Source: Antedon mediterranea
Taxonomy: Eukaryota; Animalia; Echinodermata
Direction of reading: 5' to 3'
NCBI RefSeq assembly: GCF_964355755.1
Contig: NC_092678.1
Location: forward strand, 2,186,422 to 2,250,421
DNA: 64,000 bases
The stretch's first letter is position 1. Every line of letters starts with the position of its first letter. A model generated the notes under the pieces. That model did not search any database and had not been told where the DNA came from. It saw only the letters and a program-made list of their open reading frames with translations. Positions 12,997 through 21,663 of the stretch are shown one piece after another. The position numbers and the translations under genes are program-made.

Positions 12997-13812
12997 ATGA
13001 GTTTCAAAAACGTACCTGCTCCAAAATTAGCAATTGGTGAGAAGGCTCGTAGGACTATGAAAAGAGTTATGGGGAGTTCTAAAACTGATGAGTGTAGCAG
13101 TTTTAAAGTACCAACGATGACTTCTAACTCCTCGAAATTATTGGATCCTAGAAAATTTTTCAACAGTCAATCTAACGATTTGAGTAAAGCAACGAAGCCG
13201 TCAACAAGTAAAAAAACATTTCACTCTGCCTCAGGAATGAGCGCCAAGGATTATGCCGAAATGACCGGTGCTGAACCAAAGATTACAATAACCTCAACAA
13301 ACAGGATTTTTCTGTCTGAAAAACGCCATGTAGTGGCCCAGCGCTGGGGTGAAGTTGTTTATGTTTGCCTCAGAGAATTTTATCAAACGGAAGAAAATGG
13401 TGCCTTCAAACCTGGGCCTGTAGGTATTAATTTACCCGTTCTGTTGTGGCAAAAACTTTTTACCAATATTGATTTAATTCTTCAAGCCCTAGACGATTTG
13501 CAAAGAGACATTAACTTGGTGGAGGCAGTAAGAATCCCTCTTTCGGACACACCTATAATACATGTGATAGTTAGTAACTGGAAAGAAGAGCAGTTTGTAT
13601 GTATTCGCCGTTGTTACCAGGCCGAAGAAGGAGGCGAGTTTAAGCCCGGCAAAAAAGGTATAAACCTTCCAAAGAAACAATGGTACAAGTTGATCGAACA
13701 ACACGGTGAAATACAAAAGATGATTGAAGAGGTTGATAAAGCAGTTACCGTCGACGGTGGTGTTGACGAAAACGATAACGGAGGACGCAGGCCTACATCA
13801 ATGTTGAAATAA
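12997..13812 (+). CDS. Tandem PC4/Sub1-domain ssDNA-binding protein (271 aa from the probable ATG)
   Basis: Two repeats match the PC4 signature (IDIREY...KPG.KGISL...QW..L): VCLREFYQTEENGAFKPGPVGINLPVLLWQKL and VCIRRCYQAEEGGEFKPGKKGINLPKKQWYKL. Ser/Lys-rich N-terminus. Confidence 0.88.
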   Translation: MSFKNVPAPKLAIGEKARRTMKRVMGSSKTDECSSFKVPTMTSNSSKLLDPRKFFNSQSNDLSKATKPSTSKKTFHSASGMSAKDYAEMTGAEPKITITSTNRIFLSEKRHVVAQRWGEVVYVCLREFYQTEENGAFKPGPVGINLPVLLWQKLFTNIDLILQALDDLQRDINLVEAVRIPLSDTPIIHVIVSNWKEEQFVCIRRCYQAEEGGEFKPGKKGINLPKKQWYKLIEQHGEIQKMIEEVDKAVTVDGGVDENDNGGRRPTSMLK

Positions 13813-14099
13813 CTTTCTTAACAATGAACTATAAATCAAATTATTTGTTTACCGACGTCATTTCCAATTTATTTGTATTCTTTTATTTTCACGATTATTC
13901 TAATTACTTGCAATTATTTTTAAAAGTATTAGTAAACCAAATGTATGTAAACTATATTTCCAATTGTACTATATTTGATTCGTGCGGTGTGTTAATAAAA
14001 AATATTGTTTGATAATTTACAACAAAAAAAATGTGGTTGTTCTTTTTTTAAAAGTAATGTTTTATGTGTGAGTGTTTCATTTCAACGAGTGAGAGAGTT

Positions 14100-15158
14100 A
14101 TGGACAGACTATTAAGTTCTACGTACTACGACCCAAAAAACCCTGGTAGTTTCGGGGGTGTCGATCGACTTTATACAAACGTGAAAAATGACTCTAATAT
14201 TTCAAAGACTGACGTTCAAGACTGGTTAGAAAAACAAGATACGTACACTCTTCATAAACCTATTCAAAGACGTTTTCAGAGAAACAGGGTGTTTGTTACA
14301 GCTATTGACGAGCAGTGGGAATTGGATCTCGTTGACTTGTCTTCTTTAAAAAAGTATAATAAACAAAACACGTTTCTTATTACGTGTATAGACGTACTTA
14401 GTAAATATGCATGGGTTTTACCTATAAAGAATAAATCTGCCGGTTCTATGCTTACTGCTATGAAAAAACTATTATCTGGAAAAAGAAAGCCATTAAAAAT
14501 TCACACTGATAAAGGTACAGAGTTTACTAATCGTAAAGTTCAAGCGCTCCTAAAATCGTTGAATATACATTTTTTCACTACCAATAACGAAACAAAAGCT
14601 AGCATCGTGGAAAGATTCAATAGATCGCTGAAAACTAGGATGTGGAGATACTTTACATCAAAAGCTACTCGAAAATATATAGACGTACTTCCAAAATTGG
14701 TATCGAGTTACAATAATTCTAAACACAGATCAATCGGTATGGCGCCCTCACAGGTTACAAAAGATAACGAACATGAAGTTTGGGAAAATCTGTATAAAAT
14801 GAAGCAAAAGAAACAAGTTCGGCCCAAGTTCAAAGAGGGTAATAAAGTGCGAATAAGTAGATACAAAATGCCTTTCGAGAAAGGTTACCTGGCAAACTGG
14901 ACGGAGGAGATATTTAGGATACGTAAGCGTACCGGTTCGACCGTTCCCACATATAAACTGGAGGATTGGGACGGCGAAATCATAGAAGGTACTTTTTACG
15001 AAAAGGAATTGCAAAAAGTATCCAAAAGCGACAAGGATACGTATCGCGTGGAAGAAGTAATAAAGAAAAGAAAACGAGGAGGGAAAACGGAATATTTTGT
15101 TAAGTGGTTAGGTTATCCAGCCAAGTTCAACAGTTGGGTTCAGAATATTGCCCGGTAA
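14100..15158 (+). CDS. Retroviral-like (RVE) integrase with C-terminal chromodomain
   Basis: YYDPKNPGSFGG N-terminus typical of Polinton integrases. DDE motifs WELDLVD, IHTDKGTEF, SIVERFNR. Chromodomain YRVEEVI...YFVKWLGYP.KFNSWV. Confidence 0.97.
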   Translation: MDRLLSSTYYDPKNPGSFGGVDRLYTNVKNDSNISKTDVQDWLEKQDTYTLHKPIQRRFQRNRVFVTAIDEQWELDLVDLSSLKKYNKQNTFLITCIDVLSKYAWVLPIKNKSAGSMLTAMKKLLSGKRKPLKIHTDKGTEFTNRKVQALLKSLNIHFFTTNNETKASIVERFNRSLKTRMWRYFTSKATRKYIDVLPKLVSSYNNSKHRSIGMAPSQVTKDNEHEVWENLYKMKQKKQVRPKFKEGNKVRISRYKMPFEKGYLANWTEEIFRIRKRTGSTVPTYKLEDWDGEIIEGTFYEKELQKVSKSDKDTYRVEEVIKKRKRGGKTEYFVKWLGYPAKFNSWVQNIAR

Positions 15159-15163
15159 ACATC

Positions 15164-15940
15164 ATGACGGCTCAGTTTTACGTCCTCTTACCTAGCAACA
15201 GTTCCATGAACTGTTTTCCCGAAAATACTCTTACGAGATACACGACCAAGCTGGCGGAGCCTATTCATTTGTACGGTGAATGGGAGGTTGGTTTAAGCGA
15301 AATTTATTATCCCCACACGTGGTATAACGTCGACGATACCAACAATAAATTGCTGGTGAATATAAGCGATAACGAATTAGAAGAAGAAGACTCGTCGATC
15401 GAAATAGCTATAGCCCCAGGGTTTTATTCAACCGGAGGTAAAGTGATTGATGCTCTTAACGAGGTTTTGGTTTCAAAGTCGTTACAGTCCAAAGTGAGAT
15501 TTCGGTTCAGCTCAATTAAAGAAGTGATTAACGTGGAAACCGCCAAAGAAGCATCAGTTACGCTATTAAATGGATTACCCATATTACTCGGTATGGACGA
15601 ATCATCGATTCCCCGAGGATCTATTACACACGGTTCTAGACCCGCGTACATTCATCACAGAGTGCCGACGTTGTTTTTGTACACCGATATAATCGAATCT
15701 CAACGAGTTGGAGACGCGAGCGTCCCTATTTTGAAAGCGCTACAAACCAGAGAATCAAACATGAAGAAAAATGTCGGACATACGTTTGCTAGTCCTCAAT
15801 ACAAAAGGGTGGTGAAAAAAGATATCGATACCATCCTTATAGATATAAGAAACGACACGGGAGAAAAGGTATCATTTCAACGAGGAAGGGTTCTCGCTAA
15901 ACTACATTTCAGACAGGCCAGATCGTCGTACCTCGTTTAA
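15164..15940 (+). CDS. Minor capsid protein (penton-like, single jelly-roll)
   Basis: FYVLLPSNSS...FPENT...L.GEWEVGLSEI start, LFLYTDII...VGD...P.L middle and LHFR end, typical of Polinton minor capsid proteins. Position between INT and the major capsid gene fits. Confidence 0.88.
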   Translation: MTAQFYVLLPSNSSMNCFPENTLTRYTTKLAEPIHLYGEWEVGLSEIYYPHTWYNVDDTNNKLLVNISDNELEEEDSSIEIAIAPGFYSTGGKVIDALNEVLVSKSLQSKVRFRFSSIKEVINVETAKEASVTLLNGLPILLGMDESSIPRGSITHGSRPAYIHHRVPTLFLYTDIIESQRVGDASVPILKALQTRESNMKKNVGHTFASPQYKRVVKKDIDTILIDIRNDTGEKVSFQRGRVLAKLHFRQARSSYLV

Positions 15941-15964
15941 AAAAACAACAACAAATAAATAAAG

Positions 15965-16351
15965 ATGGGGGCAGATGATTACGAAGATTACTACGTCAGA
16001 CAGGCTGGAGGTATCGACATACCGGTGTTCCAAGGGTCGTACAATCAAAGAGGGTTCGGGTTGGGAGGTATCTTGTCCGGTCTCTTTAAACAGGCTGTAC
16101 CGCTGCTAAAGAAAGGTGCAAAGGCTCTCGGAAAACAAGCATTGCGCACGGGTGGCGAATTAGTGGGAGATGTTCTGAGCGGTAAAAACGTTAAACAAGC
16201 TGCAAAACGCAGATTTACTCAGGCGGGTCAACGTATCGTTTCCCAAAATGGTAACGGTAGGGTGAATAAAAAGAGAAAACGTAAGCGTAAAGGCATCAGT
16301 CGATCGAACGCAAAGAGAGTAAGAAGATCCTCCGATATATTCGATATCTAA
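15965..16351 (+). CDS. Basic virion core/membrane-active protein precursor
   Basis: QRGFG cleavage-like site followed by amphipathic LGGILSGLFKQAVPLLKKGAKALGK. K/R-rich C-terminus. Confidence 0.8.
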   Translation: MGADDYEDYYVRQAGGIDIPVFQGSYNQRGFGLGGILSGLFKQAVPLLKKGAKALGKQALRTGGELVGDVLSGKNVKQAAKRRFTQAGQRIVSQNGNGRVNKKRKRKRKGISRSNAKRVRRSSDIFDI

Positions 16352-16354
16352 AAA

Positions 16355-17677
16355 ATGGCTTTTGTACACAATCACTCGTGCGAGTGTTTAAAATCGGAAT
16401 TGGACTTGTTTTCTGTACCGCCGACACAGACTAGTATAACCAAAGGACAATGGGTGCAATATCACCCTTTCAACAGCATCACCGACGTGGGCCCCTTGCA
16501 ATTCAACATACAAGGGTCTAGCGAGGAATACATGGATTTGTCGCAGACGATGCTTAATGTTAAACTAAAAATTACTAAACAAGACGGAACCGATCTCCAG
16601 CCCGCCGATCCGGTAGGCCCTGCCAATTTACTTTTGCAATCATTGTTTAGCGAAGTTGATGTTTCTTTGAACGAGAGATTGATTACCCCTTCGACAAATA
16701 CTTATTCGTATAGGGCATTAATTGAAACATTACTGACTTATGGATCCGATGCCAAGAATACACACCTCACGGGTGGGTTGTTTCATAAAGACACGGCCGG
16801 TAAAATGGATGTAGCTGACCCTACGCTAGCCGAAAATGCGGTGAATAAAGGTCTTAAAAAACGGGCTCAATACATTGGCGGTAGTCGTTTTGTCGACTTG
16901 ATTGGACCTATTCATTGCGATATATTTTTCCAAGATCGGATGATGCTCAACGGTGTAGATGTCAAAATTAAACTGCATCGAAGTAAAAACGCATTTAGTC
17001 TCATGTCTTCAGATGCCGCGGCCGGTTTTAAGATCCGCCTGGAAGACGCGTCCTTGTTTGTTCGCAAGGTCCGCCTGAACCCGTCTATCGCGCTAGCCCA
17101 CGCAAAAGCTCTGGAACGCGGTCCGGCCAAATACCCGCTGCGTCGCGTTGAGGTCAAGACATTAACTATACCGCGCGGGAATCTATCGTTTACGAGGGAA
17201 TCGCTGTACAACGGTAATCTACCGAAACGCCTGGTTGTAGGACTGGTGACCACCGAAGCATTCAACGGTAGCTACGAGAAGAACCCCTACAATTTTCAAC
17301 ATTTCAACACCAATTTCCTGGCTCTATATATTGACGGTGAGCAAGTACCGTGGAAACCGTTAAAACCAACGTTCGAAGACGGAGGCAACTACATGCTGGC
17401 GTATCAGAGTCTATTTTCGGGTTCTAACACGTTGTTCCAGGATACCGGAAATCAGATTTCTAGAGACGATTATCCTAAAGGCTATTCGTTGTTTGCTTTT
17501 GATCTGACTCCCGATTTGGCAAATGCCGGACATTTTAATCTAATTCGGCAAGGAAATATACGTTTAGAAATTCAGTTTTCTACGGCTTTGACCGAGACCA
17601 TCAACATTTTAGTTTATTCAGAATTTGATTCAATCATAGAAATTGACAAGTCTCGTAACGTAATTATAGATTTTTAA
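16355..17677 (+). CDS. Major capsid protein (double jelly-roll, hexon-like), 440 aa
   Basis: C.KSELDLF.VPPTQTSI N-terminus, G....NPYNFQHF and GY.LFAFDLTPD motifs characteristic of Polinton MCP. Confidence 0.95.
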   Translation: MAFVHNHSCECLKSELDLFSVPPTQTSITKGQWVQYHPFNSITDVGPLQFNIQGSSEEYMDLSQTMLNVKLKITKQDGTDLQPADPVGPANLLLQSLFSEVDVSLNERLITPSTNTYSYRALIETLLTYGSDAKNTHLTGGLFHKDTAGKMDVADPTLAENAVNKGLKKRAQYIGGSRFVDLIGPIHCDIFFQDRMMLNGVDVKIKLHRSKNAFSLMSSDAAAGFKIRLEDASLFVRKVRLNPSIALAHAKALERGPAKYPLRRVEVKTLTIPRGNLSFTRESLYNGNLPKRLVVGLVTTEAFNGSYEKNPYNFQHFNTNFLALYIDGEQVPWKPLKPTFEDGGNYMLAYQSLFSGSNTLFQDTGNQISRDDYPKGYSLFAFDLTPDLANAGHFNLIRQGNIRLEIQFSTALTETINILVYSEFDSIIEIDKSRNVIIDF

Positions 17678-17679
17678 TT

Positions 17680-18204
17680 ATGAACACGATACAACTATTG
17701 AGGTTAATTAAATCAGATCCGTTGGCTAGTGGATACTTTCGAGGGGTGTACCCGTCTGACTTGTTACCTTTAGGGCATACGGGATATCCTAGAGCTTACA
17801 TAGCAAACGTTGAGCCTAGCAATCAAAACGGTTCGCATTGGGTAGCTTTCTTTTTTAACAACTTAAACAAAGGTGAATTTTTCGATTCTTTTGGGAACCC
17901 CCCAAATTACTATAGTAATCATTTTGTTAATTTTCTCGATAACTCTGTAGAAAGTTGGACATTTAACGATAAAGCGTTACAAGCGCCCTTGTCTACGGTA
18001 TGCGGACAGTATTGTATTTTTTATATTCTTCATAAATGTAGAAGAGTGGATACGTCCACGATAGTAAATATGTTTGGTAAAGATAAACCATCCAATGATT
18101 GGTTCGTCAATGATTTTGTAAAACGTCGATACGATGTTAACTTACCCGTATACGATAGTGAATATATTAAAGTACAATTTGTCAAAATGTTATTGAATGC
18201 GTAG
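17680..18204 (+). CDS. Adenain-like cysteine maturation protease
   Basis: Catalytic pattern GSHWVA (H), EFFDSFG (D), LQ (Q), VCGQYC (C). Confidence 0.95.
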   Translation: MNTIQLLRLIKSDPLASGYFRGVYPSDLLPLGHTGYPRAYIANVEPSNQNGSHWVAFFFNNLNKGEFFDSFGNPPNYYSNHFVNFLDNSVESWTFNDKALQAPLSTVCGQYCIFYILHKCRRVDTSTIVNMFGKDKPSNDWFVNDFVKRRYDVNLPVYDSEYIKVQFVKMLLNA

Positions 18205-18342
18205 TAAATAAAAATTGTTTTTTTTTTTAATGGATATGTTTTGGACGTTTTATTTATCGAACGACTACAACAACAAATTCGAGTTTATTTCTTTTTTTAT
18301 TCAACTCCTTTCCTCATTATAGTACATAAAGATTAATGTTTT

Positions 18343-19113
18343 TTAAAAATTTAACCATTTAGGTTTAGGTTGTCTAGTTGAACGCCTCTTGGCAGGCGCT
18401 CGAAAGGTAAGTTTTTCATCCTCATCATCATCGTCATCGAGGTCATAATCCTCCTCATTCTTTCGTTTAGGTAGTGCGTGAGGAGGTGTACCGCTCGATT
18501 TAATTCTTTGTAAGGTACGACGTCTCGTCGGATTTCCAATCAAACTTTCTGGGGTGTTCAATTTCGCCAATACCGTTATAAAATCCCTCCAGCCTATAGG
18601 CTCAAATCCTTTCTTTTCTTGTATTATATCTTTTGTCAAATCGAGTAAATTACTCCCCTTTACCATTTGTCCTTCGATTAGTAGTTCACCGTATCTTGAC
18701 CAATCAATTACTCCCATCTTCCGGTAACGGTCTAGTCGGTCCAGAAATGTTTTTGTTTTGGATTTCAACGATGAGGGCATACTTTGTAGTATTTCTTTAG
18801 ATATAGAGTCCGTATAATCTTCTTTAGATTCTGCGCCATTTTCGTTTATTTCAACGTTCCCCGTTTGTTGTACGTTCAAGCTCATAGGTGAAGGGTTATT
18901 TACGGGTTTCTCTTTATTTAAATATCGTTGAAGTACTTGATTGTACATGGTAATTTTATCGTAATCGTGCAAGTCATCCCTTTCGAGTATACCCTTCATA
19001 GAATTATCTAAACCAGAAGTGATTGTCTCGTGATTTTTCTCGTAACGTTTACTGTACAAAGTCGTATTTGCCAGTTCTTGGGGTATCAATACCATTTTCT
19101 TGGTGTGCTGCAT
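18343..19113 (-). CDS. Conserved Polinton protein of unknown function, 256 aa
   Basis: Long intact ORF with KKMVLIP, K...Y.QVLQRYL, W...GEL...G..V.GSNL.DL and P.GW..F...L...N.P...IGN blocks that I recognise from Polintons of this group. Confidence 0.8.
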   Translation of the reverse strand: MQHTKKMVLIPQELANTTLYSKRYEKNHETITSGLDNSMKGILERDDLHDYDKITMYNQVLQRYLNKEKPVNNPSPMSLNVQQTGNVEINENGAESKEDYTDSISKEILQSMPSSLKSKTKTFLDRLDRYRKMGVIDWSRYGELLIEGQMVKGSNLLDLTKDIIQEKKGFEPIGWRDFITVLAKLNTPESLIGNPTRRRTLQRIKSSGTPPHALPKRKNEEDYDLDDDDDEDEKLTFRAPAKRRSTRQPKPKWLNF

Positions 19114-19439
19114 TATTTCAAAAGTAAACTACCCAATGTTTGTAGAATCGGTTGTAATATAAGACCGAGGAAGCCACCCTTTTGAATAAGTAAACGTTTT
19201 CTCTTGAGAGGCGAAATGCTTTTATTGGTAATATCGCGCATGTGTTTCTTGTACCGAGCCAACTTCTTCTTGTGAGCGTTGGATACTTGCACTCGACCTT
19301 TTAAAACATTCATTGCGCATTCGCACAAAGCCGTCACCAGTTGATCGTCCGCGTTTTCCAAGATAATTTTTCTTTGACGCGGTGAACAGTGGGCTAGGAA
19401 ACGAATAGTTTCAGCATTCTTTTTGATACGTTTCGACAT
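19113..19439 (-). CDS. Basic core protein, adenovirus pX/mu-like C-terminus
   Basis: LCECA.N.LKG motif. K/R-rich. Ends IQKGG/FLGLILQPILQTLGSLL, like the pX GG-FLP site with hydrophobic tail. Confidence 0.8.
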   Translation of the reverse strand: MSKRIKKNAETIRFLAHCSPRQRKIILENADDQLVTALCECAMNVLKGRVQVSNAHKKKLARYKKHMRDITNKSISPLKRKRLLIQKGGFLGLILQPILQTLGSLLLK

Positions 19440-19488
19440 GATGTTGGTAAACAGGTAAATGAATAAATAGAACGGTACAGGTTGCGTT

Positions 19489-20124
19489 TTATATTCTAGG
19501 CACGTAAACAAAGTGATTGGTTTTTGAAAATATGTTACTTCTAACCCTCATTTCCTCAGGGGTATTTGCTTTTAGATCGATTAAAAGAAAACCGTACGGT
19601 ACGCGGGTAGCGTCTTCAAAAGCCTCCTGTAAAAAACGTCCTTTACCGGGGTACATTTGTTTAGATAGATTAGCTATTTGTGATTTATCCCGAGGGTTTT
19701 TAAATAGTATTATGTAGTGAGCGTTTAAAGTGATGGTGCGGATTTCTTTAGAACCGTAAAAAAAGTTTTGCATAATGAATATAACCGAAATGTTTCTATG
19801 ATGCGATCCCTTTGTAAACATGTTTACTACTCTTTTATCGCGGCTACACTCGGTCATTAAATCATCGATGATTACTAAATGGTTTTTTGACGGTTCCATC
19901 GTTTCTATCGAATCCATAGGTATCCCCTCTATAAATTTAATGTTGTTAATAGACCCGCTCAGTTCGGTGAAAAGGGGCTGATATTCCCCATAACACCACG
20001 TGATGTCATCGAACGGCTTGTCGAAATAATTACTTTCCAATAACTGCTTCACGAAATATGATTTTCCCGATGAGGTCGGTCCGCTAATTACGGCGGTGAA
20101 GGGGGTTACCAGTACACACGTCAT
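19489..20124 (-). CDS. A32/FtsK-HerA family genome packaging ATPase
   Basis: Walker A GPTSSGKS, Walker B LVIIDDLM, then KGSHHRNISVIFIMQN and IRTITLNAHYIILFKNPRD. Confidence 0.95.
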   Translation of the reverse strand: MTCVLVTPFTAVISGPTSSGKSYFVKQLLESNYFDKPFDDITWCYGEYQPLFTELSGSINNIKFIEGIPMDSIETMEPSKNHLVIIDDLMTECSRDKRVVNMFTKGSHHRNISVIFIMQNFFYGSKEIRTITLNAHYIILFKNPRDKSQIANLSKQMYPGKGRFLQEAFEDATRVPYGFLLIDLKANTPEEMRVRSNIFSKTNHFVYVPRI

Positions 20125-20357
20125 CTTCAGTTTCAATGAGTCATAGCTTTTGTATATCGGTATTTTATAACGAGGGGGGTTCCTTATCCACATCACTCTA
20201 TTTTAAAAACTGTCAACTAATGAAAGAGAGAGAGAGGGCCGATATTATAAACCAATAGGAGCTTAATAATGATAATTACGTTAACAAATGATTGTATATC
20301 AAAACCTAAAAAATCAATTCCAACGTCATTAGCGTCTGTATACTAGTAGAGAGAGAA

Positions 20358-20869
20358 ATGGCAGATTTGGAAAAACTGACTTTATCGTACATTGAATATA
20401 AATTAACGGGGGTAGTTGTGTGGGACTCCCCAATCCTTTATAGTACTATTCGCCTTTGTAACGAGGTGGAGAAAAAGTATGGTTTGATTGCCTTGTGTAA
20501 AGACATTACTACGGAGACGTTGGATAGTGTGTTGAAAGAAATGATGATAGACCAAAATATACACGTCGGTAGACTCGTGACAGGAATTTCAGTGTGCGCA
20601 CGTGTTGCGATGCAGTGTGATACTGATTTAGAATTAGAAATCGTTAAACGCGTATCCTGCGAATTTGTGAAGGAAAAGTTTTCTTTATTGGAACTTTGTA
20701 ACGACAGTGATTTGGTAAGTAAATTTCTTTTTCTTGTCATTCTCATTTTAGTAATTAAGTGATTTTTATATTATCTTTTATTTATTATTATTATTATTAT
20801 TATTTATAGGAACTTGTTCTGTGTAGTAAGAAGCTAGGAATTAACAGAGCATGGTACTTGATCGACTGA
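20358..20869 (+). CDS. Bcl-2-like protein; predicted exons 20358-20714 and 20810-20869 (unspliced ORF ends 20762)
   Basis: BH4-like LEKLTLSYIEYKL, BH3-like TIRLCNEVEKKY and BH1-like LDSVLKEMMIDQNIHVGRLVT in the correct order and spacing. GTAAGT donor at 20715, pyrimidine-rich acceptor ending 20809, AATAAA at 20924. Confidence 0.72.
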
Positions 20870-21159
20870 CTAGTAGGCATTTGTATAGCCTTGCTGGAAC
20901 AAACTGTTTGGTGACATTGGATAAATAAAATATTTAAACAAGGAAGAGGAGAGATTACAATATTTATATTGGATAGGATAAAATAAAAATACAGTCAACA
21001 CTACGCATGTCTTTTGTTGTTGTTGTTGTTGTCGTCGTCATCGTCGTCGTCTACGTTAAGAAACAGACAAGTATATAATATTATAAACAAGTACGGTGTA
21101 TACATTTATTTCTCGTAAAACAAAATTATGATAAAGAAAATAATTATTTACAAAAATAA

Positions 21160-21550
21160 ATTTGAAACGGTAACGATATAAGAATTCAAAAGGAAAAAAT
21201 ATTTAAATTAAAATTACAAAATATATTTACTTTATCTACAAAAATAGAAACGGTATCGACTTTATAAACTTTATAAACAAAATTGAAAATGTATAAAAAA
21301 TATTTACATTAAAACTTAAAATATAATTTGCTTAAACTACAAAAAAGGAAACGGTAACGACATAAGAATTCAAATGTAAAAAATATTTAGATTAAAATTA
21401 CAAAATATATTTACTTAATCTACTAACAGAGAAACGGTACCGACTTTATAAACAAAATTAAAAGAAAATTTGATTAAAAACATGTATAAAAATATTTACG
21501 TTAAAACTACAAATATATTTTGATTAAGCTACAAAAAAGGAAACGAATTT
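21160..21550. repeat. AT-rich imperfect tandem repeats between convergent Bcl-2-like and pPolB genes
   Basis: GAAACGGTA(A/T/C)CGA recurs at ~21163, 21247, 21348 and 21431, with a higher-order period of ~185 bp. Confidence 0.75.
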
Positions 21551-21663
21551 ATAAAGGAAATTGAGTGCATGAAATTACATAAAAAGTAACAATTAATTAT
21601 TTATATATAAAAAAAAGTAAGTTATATTTTAAAAGAAAAAAAGATGAAATTTATTGCAGTGAT

